The translations under genes were made by a program, and so were the position numbers. A stretch of DNA of 56,461 nt, from NCBI GenBank assembly GCA_964564005.1, contig CAZLZK010000001.1, positions 3,588 through 60,048 of the forward strand. Direction: 5' to 3'. Origin of the DNA: an uncultured Gammaproteobacteria bacterium. Lineage in GTDB: Bacteria > Patescibacteriota > Microgenomatia > UBA8517 > UBA10165. Numbering within the stretch: position 1 is the first letter of the stretch; each line of letters starts with the position of its first letter. A model generated the notes under the pieces. It did not search any database and was not told the DNA's origin. It saw only the letters and a program-made list of their open reading frames with translations. Of the stretch, positions 17,710-26,403 are shown one piece after another.

Positions 17710-19392
17710 TCAACGTCTACTACCGGTCACTACATAAAAAATCGGCTCGTTCGCTGGATTACGAACTGTTTTAAGAACAACAATCTGCACCGGCGGGTCT
17801 TTCTCCCAATCCCAGTCCCCGGGAACCTCGTCTCTTTGGGAAACCAGATAAAGAATACCAGGTTTAACAAAGCTTATAACTCCAAGCTCGTGAGTCATGC
17901 TTCCAAAATAATATCTACCCCCAAGAGAAAAGCCGTTGAAGCCGGGCAATATCCCCTCCTTTGACTTGTCCCCTGAAAACTCTTTCAGAAATTTATTTGG
18001 TGGGTATTCCCACCAAAACAGAAAGCGGATAAGCGAGGGCTCGTACGTGTTGTTGAAGGCAATAGTCTCGTAATCCTTTTCTTGCGTTTTCATGAAGAGC
18101 AGTGCCTCTTTGTAACCCTCGTGCCACCAACGCCACGCCTCCTTTGGATAATCCACCCAATAGCGGTGAAGATACAGACCCAATTCAATGGCTACTATTA
18201 ATAGTAGAAGCGCGACGAGCGGTTTTTTAACCCGGCCAAGTTTTGACTCCAGAAAAAATTTGACACCGGCTGCCGTTAGGATAGTGAGCGGCGGTAACAT
18301 CAAGATTAGTCGAGTTGCATGAATTGCACCGTCGCGAGTTAAAGAAGATGGAATAGGCGCCAAAAGTAGCCAGCCGAGCCAAAATAGTACCCATCGGTCT
18401 CGCTTTTTGAGAAACCATAAAAATCCTGCAACCATAAATGGCGCTTGCCACCAATAAAATTCACCTACCTGATGCACTGAATGGCGGAAGGTCACATCTC
18501 CATCTATAAACAAAAATTGCGGCGAAAAGGAAGTACCGTAGTTTGCCAAGATTTTTCTCCCCCAGAAAATAGGCTTATTGTAAAAAAGTGCGCCTTCTGG
18601 CCCTGCGCCCAGCCTTTTTAGGTCAATCTCTCGAATTATCTCCTCGTCATTGAAAACGTTGAAGTTTCCAAACCTTTCTCCTGCAAAACCAAACAGTATT
18701 TGATAAGAAATTGGGATAATCATCGCAACCGATATTGCAATTGGGGCGACTAGCCTTTTTCGCTCTATCGACAGCAGTCGCTTTTTGTGTATGAGCAGTA
18801 GCAGCAAGACAAAAAGAGGAATAAAAACGTTAGCGGTACTATAAGTATAAAAAGTAAGGCCAAACAAAAAAGCCGCAAGGGACAACCATTTGTGTTTTTT
18901 TAGACCAAGAATAAAGGTAAGTGTTCCTCCCAGAATTAAGGTTAAAAGAAGATTTACCTCAAATGCCGCCCTTGAGTACTGAAGGTGCCAAGGGGAAATA
19001 GCCATCAGCAAGGCGGCCGTTAGCGCAGTCTTGCCGCCCAGTGTTCTGTTCGCCAAAACATACAATAAAAAGATAGTTAGTAGTCCAAACACTGCCGAAG
19101 GCAGCCGTACACCCCATTCATTAAGTCCGAAAATCGCAACAAAAGGAACGGTTGCATACATCAAAAGCGGTGCGCGCCATTCCGAGAACGAGTGGATGTA
19201 TGTCGGCAATGTCTGGCCATAGTAGTCTTTCCCGGTCTGAAGAATTGAGTAGGCGTGGTAACCAACGTCTAGTTCATCACCGAAAAGCTCCGGTGGAACC
19301 TTATTAAGACCCCATACCCTAAGAACAAAGGCTACTGTTAAAATAACGAATAATGCACGCTTGTAAGTAAAAGTTTGACGCAAAAATCTCAT
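17710..19392 (-). CDS. GT-C fold membrane glycosyltransferase, PMT_2/ArnT-like (family A, paralog 5)
   Basis: 560 aa. FGDELDVGYHAYSILQTGKDYYG, GVRLPSA, ISPWHLQYSRAAFEVN, C-terminal EPSLIRFLFWWEYPPNKF. Confidence 0.8.
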   Translation of the reverse strand: MRFLRQTFTYKRALFVILTVAFVLRVWGLNKVPPELFGDELDVGYHAYSILQTGKDYYGQTLPTYIHSFSEWRAPLLMYATVPFVAIFGLNEWGVRLPSAVFGLLTIFLLYVLANRTLGGKTALTAALLMAISPWHLQYSRAAFEVNLLLTLILGGTLTFILGLKKHKWLSLAAFLFGLTFYTYSTANVFIPLFVLLLLLIHKKRLLSIERKRLVAPIAISVAMIIPISYQILFGFAGERFGNFNVFNDEEIIREIDLKRLGAGPEGALFYNKPIFWGRKILANYGTSFSPQFLFIDGDVTFRHSVHQVGEFYWWQAPFMVAGFLWFLKKRDRWVLFWLGWLLLAPIPSSLTRDGAIHATRLILMLPPLTILTAAGVKFFLESKLGRVKKPLVALLLLIVAIELGLYLHRYWVDYPKEAWRWWHEGYKEALLFMKTQEKDYETIAFNNTYEPSLIRFLFWWEYPPNKFLKEFSGDKSKEGILPGFNGFSLGGRYYFGSMTHELGVISFVKPGILYLVSQRDEVPGDWDWEKDPPVQIVVLKTVRNPANEPIFYVVTGSRR

Positions 19393-19973
19393 TCTTTTTT
19401 AGAAAGCCAATAAATACCACTTAATATTGCTGCCCAAAATACAAAAAAGAAAATATTGTCTTGAACATTTGATTTCCAGACAGTCACAAATCCCCTCGCG
19501 GTGTTTTTCTTGTCAATAAGTCGGTGGAAACTTGCAAATGCTAGGTTATCTTCTTTGTCAACTTGAATTCCAACAATCTTTGATCCTGATGTTTCCAGTT
19601 TTTCAATCCGAACGATTAACTTTTTATTAGCTGAGTTTACTATCGGCTCAAACTGAAATCTTATATCACCCGGATCGCCAAAATTTCGACCGGAGAAGTC
19701 CATCGTTCTTAAAGTTTGGCCGTTTTCCTCAATTAAAGATATTTTAAAATCGTCGGTATTCTCGAGCCCCGGATTTTTGAGCGAGATAATAATTATATTT
19801 AAGTTGTTATTCTTTGGAGTAAAGGCTCGTTCCATTGCACCGTCAAAACTAGTAAACCTGGAACCGGAAAATTGAGTATCAAGTCTGTTTCTGGCAGCCA
19901 GCATCGAAACTGCAAAAGTAAGTAAGATTACAAATAAAATAATGGAAAATACTTGCATCCAAACTTTATTCAT
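19389..19973 (-). CDS. Hypothetical membrane protein with a TM helix at each end and an external domain of about 140 aa
   Basis: 194 aa. Hydrophobic helix at residues about 8-26 and again at about 170-190. No recognisable catalytic motif. 4-nt and 8-nt overlaps with its neighbours. Confidence 0.55.
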   Translation of the reverse strand: MNKVWMQVFSIILFVILLTFAVSMLAARNRLDTQFSGSRFTSFDGAMERAFTPKNNNLNIIIISLKNPGLENTDDFKISLIEENGQTLRTMDFSGRNFGDPGDIRFQFEPIVNSANKKLIVRIEKLETSGSKIVGIQVDKEDNLAFASFHRLIDKKNTARGFVTVWKSNVQDNIFFFVFWAAILSGIYWLSKKE

Positions 19974-21162
19974 GGCGTTTGTTAATAAAAACCCTCCATA
20001 ATATCCAAATAGAAGCTGTTGTCATAGCAGTGTGCATAAGACTTTGTATTAAAACTGATGAAGGGCTTATTAATTCCATTGGCGCCGGTAGAAAAAGCAG
20101 AGCAGGTTCTACCGGGCCTAAAATTCCCCAGGTAAGAAACTTGTCTTGAAACAAGGCAATGGTAGCTACCCAACCTACAAGAAAAATGGCTGCAGGAAAA
20201 TATAGTTTATGCCTTACGATACCAACAATTAAAAAAGGCAAAGCCCACATCGTCCATTGCGGATGGAAGTGTGAACCTGCCAAAAATACTAAAGGTATGG
20301 CAAGAAAATATGGAAAAATATGTCTTCCGCCTTGTTTTTCACTTAAAAAGAATAAGAATACGATTATCCCGGGAATTATAAGAAGTCTTTCGTTAAACCC
20401 AATCGGCAACGAAATTTCAAAAATTCTCTGCGATAAGTTCGAAACAAGAGCATCCTCATAAAATTCAGGGGTTCTCAAGTAGGGAATAATAGTAATAAGA
20501 TACGTGGAAAGACCAATCGCTAAAAATTTTATTCTGGTAAACCAAGTCTTGCCTAAAAATAGAACCATAAAAGGCAGTAAGAAAAGTGGGTAGGATTTAA
20601 GAGCAGCTGCTAAACCTAAGATAAAGACACTCAAGTAGGGTTGACGAGAAACAAGAACTAAAGAAACTACCGTCAAAAATGCAGGAATACCGTCAAACTG
20701 TCCCATCATTGCAACTATATAAATACTTATTGGATTGAAAAACCAAATTGTCAGAGCTATTATTTTCTCTCTTGGGTTATCCAATAAGCGTACAAGAAAA
20801 AAACCGGTTGCTGTGTGAACAAGTATTAGTGGGAGTTTTATCGAAAAGAGATATTGAAATATATGGGGTACAGCGACAGCATCATTACCCATGGAAAGCC
20901 ACTCAACAAACCCGCTACCTGCCAGAATCTTAACCGGTAAAAAAAGTGTGCCGAAAAGAAAATATGCCAAGGGCGGATATACAAAAGGCCCCAAAAGGAC
21001 CCTATCAGGATTTGCCGCCAAAAACTCATAAATATTGAAAACCCCATCTTTCAAAAACTGGGATAGGTAGAAAATAGTTTTTATATCCGGATGGAAAAAG
21101 AACGGAGCCAGAAAAATATAGAGAAACGTACCGGCCAAAAGAGTCTTTCTCATACTATTCAT
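19966..21162 (-). CDS. Polytopic membrane protein, DUF2029/GT87-like GT-C candidate
   Basis: 398 aa, about 10 TM. Pattern KLPLILVHTATGFFL ... GQFDGIPAFL ... LAAALKSYPLFLLPF resembles the PimE/DUF2029 layout. Confidence 0.5.
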   Translation of the reverse strand: MNSMRKTLLAGTFLYIFLAPFFFHPDIKTIFYLSQFLKDGVFNIYEFLAANPDRVLLGPFVYPPLAYFLFGTLFLPVKILAGSGFVEWLSMGNDAVAVPHIFQYLFSIKLPLILVHTATGFFLVRLLDNPREKIIALTIWFFNPISIYIVAMMGQFDGIPAFLTVVSLVLVSRQPYLSVFILGLAAALKSYPLFLLPFMVLFLGKTWFTRIKFLAIGLSTYLITIIPYLRTPEFYEDALVSNLSQRIFEISLPIGFNERLLIIPGIIVFLFFLSEKQGGRHIFPYFLAIPLVFLAGSHFHPQWTMWALPFLIVGIVRHKLYFPAAIFLVGWVATIALFQDKFLTWGILGPVEPALLFLPAPMELISPSSVLIQSLMHTAMTTASIWILWRVFINKRHE

Positions 21163-22547
21163 TTGCTACTTCTTAAATATTGTACAAACAAAAACAGGAA
21201 TGATCCAATCGCTAAGATAATAAGTGTGTTTATAACAACAGTCGTCGAGAGGACATCAACCAAGAAGGGAAACCTTGGGGCCCACCAATTATGGTAGAGG
21301 TTAAGAAAATGAAACAGTGAGACCCCGAGAAAAACTCCTAAAATTTTTTTATCTTTCAGGCCAGCTAGAAGTATAAATGGCAAAGCCTGCTCAAGATGTC
21401 TCTCATGTATTCGCGTTAAGAAAAGAAACGCTACAAAAGCTACAAGTCCGGCAGCAAATAAAACTTTCTCTGGCTGCGCTTTGTTTTTAATCATCGTAAA
21501 TAAGACCACGGCGAGAACAACACCAAAAAGTGTGTACCCCCAAAAGACATAAGGCAATCCCAGAAGGAATATCTTGGAATCGGAAATCTTATCAAGACCA
21601 GCTACCAGTGCCCAGAAATTAAATGCGTGATCTGTGACGAAATCAGAGACGGCACCCAATTGAATTTTGTTCCAGTAAGTTAAAAAAGGAAACAAAAATA
21701 AATTGCCAACTTTGTAAGCGTAGCTTGACTGCGTATAAGCGTAGCTTGACTGCGTATAAAAAGGCACGAACGTTAGCCAAAAGATCAAGACTGCAGCGGA
21801 CAGCGCCTTAACTGCCTTGAGCAAGTCATGCCTTGCCAAGAAAGCGGCTACGAAGATTGGAACAAAGACTATAGAGGTTTGCTTAGTTAAGAGTCCCAAC
21901 GCCAGAAAGATGGTCGCGAGGATAAATTTCTTGGAGTACAGCAATAGATAAAAGGCCAAAAGAACAAAAAATAATGGAATCGCCTCTATCTGCCCCCAAT
22001 AAGCACTATTATAAAAAAAAGCAGGGTTGAAAAGAATTAAGGAGCTTCCTATAAGCGGAGCTTGACTGCGTATAAGCGGCCATCTTGATTTCCGATTGTC
22101 CGCCAATTTTTGGGCAAACATAAAAACAACCCACGCGATACCCACATCGGCCAATACACCCGGGGTTTTAAGAAAAGCAGGAAGGGTATCTTGATCTTCC
22201 AAAAAGAATATAAAGTTCGAGGGGAAGATGCTGACTGCGGAATTTACACTCCACGAAATCTGATGCACCCAATTATAAAGCCAATAGAAGATAGTAAAGA
22301 AAAAAATTGGTATAGGAGGATAATTTGGAGTTAGAGCACCGTATCGAAAGAAAAACTCGCGCTCGTAAATACCCGTAAAGCCTAAGGTCAAGCTATCTTT
22401 AGCCCAAGCGATGTGGTTGTTAACATCACCACTGTAAATCTGAACACTTAAGAATAATCTAAGAAGAAGACCGGAGAGAAGGAGGGTAAGAAGCTTGTGC
22501 CTATTTACGACTTGTGCCAAAGTTTTTGCCATTTTTGTCCTGACCAA
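21159..22547 (-). CDS. Polytopic membrane protein, Gpi18/DUF2029-like GT-C candidate
   Basis: 462 aa. SGDVNNHIAWAKD after TM1 parallels IGDVLVHREWGEKF in 37130..38485, plus GLLTKQTSIVFVPIF. Contains two in-frame copies of the 21-bp repeat family (YTQSSYAYTQSSYAY and IRSQAPLIGSS). Confidence 0.55.
   Translation of the reverse strand: MVRTKMAKTLAQVVNRHKLLTLLLSGLLLRLFLSVQIYSGDVNNHIAWAKDSLTLGFTGIYEREFFFRYGALTPNYPPIPIFFFTIFYWLYNWVHQISWSVNSAVSIFPSNFIFFLEDQDTLPAFLKTPGVLADVGIAWVVFMFAQKLADNRKSRWPLIRSQAPLIGSSLILFNPAFFYNSAYWGQIEAIPLFFVLLAFYLLLYSKKFILATIFLALGLLTKQTSIVFVPIFVAAFLARHDLLKAVKALSAAVLIFWLTFVPFYTQSSYAYTQSSYAYKVGNLFLFPFLTYWNKIQLGAVSDFVTDHAFNFWALVAGLDKISDSKIFLLGLPYVFWGYTLFGVVLAVVLFTMIKNKAQPEKVLFAAGLVAFVAFLFLTRIHERHLEQALPFILLAGLKDKKILGVFLGVSLFHFLNLYHNWWAPRFPFLVDVLSTTVVINTLIILAIGSFLFLFVQYLRSSK
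21715..21759 (+). repeat. 21-bp repeat family, 2 identical tandem units plus a partial one (TAAGCGTAGCTTGACTGCGTA)
   Basis: Exact tandem duplication at 21715-21735 and 21736-21756. Encodes YTQSSYAYTQSSYAY in the minus-strand gene. Confidence 0.95.
22038..22097 (+). repeat. 21-bp repeat family, one intact unit (TAAGCGGAGCTTGACTGCGTA, 22052-22072) flanked by degenerate units
   Basis: Shares a 20-mer AGCTTGACTGCGTATAAGCG with the 21715 locus. Read in a different frame (IRSQAPLIGSS) in the same gene. Confidence 0.85.
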
Positions 22548-23338
22548 ATTATGAAATTAATAAGATGATGCTTTAAAAGCCCATGATAAAGTTTGCTTGA
22601 CGGAATAAGCCTTTTCCATTGTTCTTTATCAGGCATAACACTTTTCCCGCTCACTCCATGGTGATGCACAATCTCGGCTTCTGGCAAATAATAGACCTTC
22701 AACCCTGCTTTTTTTACGCGTCTGCAATAGTCCAAATCTTCAAAGTACATAAAATACCTCTCGCTCAGCATACCTGCTGTTTGCAAGGCTCGGGGTGTGA
22801 TTAGAAATGCTGCGCCAACTACAGCATCCACAACAACAGGGGTAGAAGTTCGGGGGACATAACTGGAATAAGTTTTTTTACCGAACCAAAACTCCTGGAC
22901 AGCTCTCCATATTGTTGGAGAATGGAAAACTGATTTTTGAGTCGTCCCGTCTTCCAAGATAAGTTTCGTCCCAACAATTCCAGCGTCGTCCGTACTCTCG
23001 GCAAAGCTCAAGAGTTTTTGAATTGCTCCTTTCTGGACTTTAGTATCCGGATTTAGAAGCAAAATATACTTCCCTCTCACTTTCTTTATTCCTTGATTAA
23101 CCGCCTTTGCAAAGCCGAGGTTGTTCGCATTTTGAATTATCTTAAGTTTTTCAGTTCTTCCGTTTTTCAGTTCTTCAACCGATCCATCAATCGAAGCATT
23201 GTCTATCACAACTACCTCACAACTCGGATTTTGAAAATCGTTCGTCGTCTCTTCAATTGATTGAACACACTCTTTTAGGAGTTCTCCTGTATTGTAATTA
23301 ACAATAATTATTGAAAGTTGCGTTTTCATTGCGGCCAT
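22505..23338 (-). CDS. GT2 glycosyltransferase (WbbL/rhamnosyltransferase-like subgroup)
   Basis: LSIIIVNYNTGELLKECVQSI ... VVVIDNASIDGS ... NLGFAKAVNQG ... YFMYFEDLDYCRR. Confidence 0.9.
   Translation of the reverse strand: MAAMKTQLSIIIVNYNTGELLKECVQSIEETTNDFQNPSCEVVVIDNASIDGSVEELKNGRTEKLKIIQNANNLGFAKAVNQGIKKVRGKYILLLNPDTKVQKGAIQKLLSFAESTDDAGIVGTKLILEDGTTQKSVFHSPTIWRAVQEFWFGKKTYSSYVPRTSTPVVVDAVVGAAFLITPRALQTAGMLSERYFMYFEDLDYCRRVKKAGLKVYYLPEAEIVHHHGVSGKSVMPDKEQWKRLIPSSKLYHGLLKHHLINFIIWSGQKWQKLWHKS
23146..23177. repeat. 16-bp direct tandem duplication (GTTTTTCAGTTCTTCC / GTTTTTCAGTTCTTCA)
   Basis: 15 of 16 positions identical and adjacent. Lies inside the GT2 gene 22505..23338, with the two copies read in different frames (VEELKN / GRTEKLK). 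Confidence 0.9.
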
Positions 23339-24921
23339 TCTCTTTTTTGCACTACCAATTGGGAATAAGGCTCATTCCCGAAAGTTTTTTCCTCAACAAC
23401 TTCTCCATATTGCTCTTGCTCCGTCAGGAATTGCTGCACGAACGCACCCCTAATACCTCTTGTTGGTTCAATTATACTAAACGCGACATAAGTCTCTTCC
23501 TGGGATATCCAAACGGGTAAATCTCCAGGGTAACCCTCTGCCGCGCCACCATTCCAATGTGGCAGGTAACCATACTTCTTCTTCCCGTACCAATTGAAAA
23601 GATATGCCCAAGTCGTATTGACCTTGAGAGGCATGGTGAGTGCGCCGACTACGATAGGTTTTCCCCCCGCCTCTTGATAAATATAGTCCAAGGCTTTCTT
23701 TTCGCGGGACAAAAGCATTCCTTCTTGAACCTGAATATCGCCAATAACTCCTTTGGGGTTCTGTTCTCTTATAAGATTTAGGCTACTTGAAATAATTACA
23801 AACAAAAAAACCGGTAATGCCCAAGAAATCTTCGGAGGAATTTTAGAAAGGAAAAAGGCGGCAAGCAGCAAAACTCCCGCCGATATTCCAACGTTAGTAT
23901 AATAAAGAGTCTGTGCGCCAAAAACAGTTAGAATACTTGTAGAAAGAATCCAGACAAGCAAGAAAAGTATCTTCTGATAGCTATCCTTTTTGGAAACTAC
24001 AAACACAAGAGCTGCACCAAGAAAGAAAATTAGAATAATTGGAGCAAGAGGATCAAGGCCCAATATGTTGTCATGAATCTGCAAAACAAGTCTTTTAAAA
24101 TAAACACTTAGCGCAAAACCGAAATCGCTCTCACTGCCTCCCGTTTGTGTCAAGATTCCAAGAATTCCTTTAACTGCCCGTCCTCCAAATTTAAACTCTG
24201 CCAAGATAAAGGTCGATATTGTTGCCAAGAAAAAAGATAGGGAAATTAAAATCCTCCCCGGGTTAAGGAGTGGTAGAAGTTGTTTTCGGAAAATGATGAA
24301 AAGGAAAATAAAAATAATGCCCAAATATGGAAGTTGGAATTCTGCCTGAACTGACAATCCATAACCTAAAAGCGAAAGCGGTATCCCCCGCCAATCTTTT
24401 TTAAAAATTGCAAGAGCAAGACCAGCATAAAACAGCATTATCGTAAGTACCGCAAGGGACGGGTGATGGAAATAAAGTGCATATTGACTCTCTTCAAAAG
24501 AAAAAACATAAAGAAGTGAGGCAAGAAAACCTACCCGTTTGTCAAACAACAACTTCCCTATCCAAAAAATAAGAAATACCCCCAGGGCGTTGTAAAGTCT
24601 AATAAACCCCGCCGGGAAAGCTGGATCACCACTCCCAAAAATATATATCGGTCCTATTAAATACCAATAGAGAGGTCCATGAAAAAGGTTCGGGTTGGCG
24701 GTTGGGGGACCGACTATCTTAAGATCGAAGTTTTTATATATGTTTTGTGCTTCATAGGCATCCCTTGCTTGGTCAAAACCAAAATATATATTGTCAGGAA
24801 AATACAGGAAACGGAGGATTACGGCGAGAATAAACAGGAGAAAGAGAAAGCTCGCAGTATTAAGCCTTAGAAAATTGCTTAAAGATTTCGGCATTAGAAA
24901 GTCTTGCTTCTCGCTTCTCAA
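23326..24921 (-). CDS. Polytopic membrane protein, GT-C-like (family C, D-x-x-R-D type, paralog 1 of 4)
   Basis: 531 aa. FGFDQARDAYEAQNI ... IVGPPTANPNLFHGPLYWYLIGP, 12 or more TM, soluble C-terminal domain. The start may be Met at 24894. Confidence 0.6.
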   Translation of the reverse strand: MRSEKQDFLMPKSLSNFLRLNTASFLFLLFILAVILRFLYFPDNIYFGFDQARDAYEAQNIYKNFDLKIVGPPTANPNLFHGPLYWYLIGPIYIFGSGDPAFPAGFIRLYNALGVFLIFWIGKLLFDKRVGFLASLLYVFSFEESQYALYFHHPSLAVLTIMLFYAGLALAIFKKDWRGIPLSLLGYGLSVQAEFQLPYLGIIFIFLFIIFRKQLLPLLNPGRILISLSFFLATISTFILAEFKFGGRAVKGILGILTQTGGSESDFGFALSVYFKRLVLQIHDNILGLDPLAPIILIFFLGAALVFVVSKKDSYQKILFLLVWILSTSILTVFGAQTLYYTNVGISAGVLLLAAFFLSKIPPKISWALPVFLFVIISSSLNLIREQNPKGVIGDIQVQEGMLLSREKKALDYIYQEAGGKPIVVGALTMPLKVNTTWAYLFNWYGKKKYGYLPHWNGGAAEGYPGDLPVWISQEETYVAFSIIEPTRGIRGAFVQQFLTEQEQYGEVVEEKTFGNEPYSQLVVQKREWPQ

Positions 24922-25738
24922 TTATCCTACCTTTTAAAACCCACGGCAAACGCAAGAGTGCCAGAGTCAAAACTACCCAATAACCGGGCTTAAGGAGTCT
25001 TTTTAATAAGCCTGGAAGGTGCAAAGACAACAACTCCCAAAGAGTTAGATGCTTCCATGTAAATAAAAGTTGGTTTCTATCCTTAATCCAGGAAAGTTTT
25101 TTAGAACTAAAATACTGTGTATTGATGGTCGTCTCGTGCTCATGCACAACTCTGGCCTCTGGTTCCCAAATAAGTTTTAACCCACGTCGCAGCGCCCGGT
25201 ATGAGAGCTCAACGTCCTCCCAATAAAATGGAGAAAACATTGTATCCATGCCGCCAAGTTTATCCCAAAGAATTTTTCGGAATGCTCCGCTTCCACCAGA
25301 AATCCAGAAAGTGTTGTGGGAACCTTTTGTTTCCCCCCCTGGCAAATGCGCTAGAAGCCCATCAGCGACCTGTGGCCTTGACCATCCATAACCCTCCTCA
25401 TGCAAAGAGACGCCAAAAACGCTCTCATCCCTTTGAAAATGTTTTAATATGGGTTTAACTATGCTCCCTTGAGGCGTAACATCTAAATTTAAAAGGAACA
25501 CTATCTCTCCGCTTGCCTGCCCCACGCCGGTATTTATCGAACGACTAAAGCCTCGGTTCTTCTTGCTTTTTATAACCTTAACTTGCGGGAACTCTCGCTC
25601 TAAAAAGGCAATGCTATCGTCTGGCGAAGCATCATCTACAATTATCACTTCATCAAATCCGCATTTTAAAACGAGGGGCAAGTTTTTGGCTAAAAGATCT
25701 CGTCCTCTCCAGTTGGGTATGACAACTGATGTACTCAT
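24860..25738 (-). CDS. GT2 glycosyltransferase (WbbL-like subgroup)
   Basis: SVVIPNWRGRDLL ... EVIIVDDASPDDS ... NRGFSRSINTG ... FYWEDVELSYRA. Confidence 0.9.
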   Translation of the reverse strand: MSTSVVIPNWRGRDLLAKNLPLVLKCGFDEVIIVDDASPDDSIAFLEREFPQVKVIKSKKNRGFSRSINTGVGQASGEIVFLLNLDVTPQGSIVKPILKHFQRDESVFGVSLHEEGYGWSRPQVADGLLAHLPGGETKGSHNTFWISGGSGAFRKILWDKLGGMDTMFSPFYWEDVELSYRALRRGLKLIWEPEARVVHEHETTINTQYFSSKKLSWIKDRNQLLFTWKHLTLWELLSLHLPGLLKRLLKPGYWVVLTLALLRLPWVLKGRIIEKREARLSNAEIFKQFSKA

Positions 25739-26403
25739 TTCTTTTTAACCTTGACCGCCTGCAACATCCCTAGCAAAAATTTATGGTTGTCTGTAATCTC
25801 AAATCCACCGCTGCGCATTTTATCTAAAATCTGGTCCGCTGCGAATCTATGAAGATGTGTGCCTCTCCATATTTTACCTCGCCAAAGTAGCCAGAGGGGC
25901 CAAACGATAAATTTAAAAAGAAGGTTCTCGGTCGGCACCAGGGTAATTACCTTACCTCTATCCTTGAGAACTCTATGCATCTCTAGAATTACCTTTTGTG
26001 GGTCTTCTATATGCTCCAAAGCCTCGAGGCAAACAATTAGATCGAATGTCTTGTTTTCGAATGGTAAAGCGTGAGCATCAGCAATCCTAAAAGACAGTTT
26101 CTTGCTTCGCGCAAAACGGCGTTTTGCATAGGATATCGACCGCGGAAGAACATCAATACCGACAAGCCTTTCGGCCTTTGATCTACCAAGAATCACTTTG
26201 CTAAAAGTTCCATCAGCACATCCTATATCCAAAATCATTCCTCCCCTTGGCTCGACCAACTTTCCAACCTCTTGAAAACGCCTTGTATGCCAAAACCTCT
26301 GGAGCAAATTCTCTTTTATTGATCTAGCGTACCAGTCGGGGGGAACATTTCTGTGAAGCTCCGCAGCTCTAGTCTGCAATCTTGATGCGCCTTGCAATTC
26401 CAT
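25735..26403 (-). CDS. Class I SAM-dependent methyltransferase
   Basis: ILDIGCADGTFSK (motif I GxGxG-like), LIVCLEALEHIEDP, LKDRGKVI. The ORF track extends to 26448. The Met at 26403 (MELQG) reduces overlap with the upstream gene, which ends at 26369. Confidence 0.85.
   Translation of the reverse strand: MELQGASRLQTRAAELHRNVPPDWYARSIKENLLQRFWHTRRFQEVGKLVEPRGGMILDIGCADGTFSKVILGRSKAERLVGIDVLPRSISYAKRRFARSKKLSFRIADAHALPFENKTFDLIVCLEALEHIEDPQKVILEMHRVLKDRGKVITLVPTENLLFKFIVWPLWLLWRGKIWRGTHLHRFAADQILDKMRSGGFEITDNHKFLLGMLQAVKVKKK

Noticed and set aside
21715-21759. Could the 21-bp tandem units (here and at 28738, 48236 and 52547) be CRISPR arrays?
   Set aside because: The units are directly adjacent with no spacers and there are only 2-3 copies per locus. 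They lie inside intact ORFs, and no cas genes are present.
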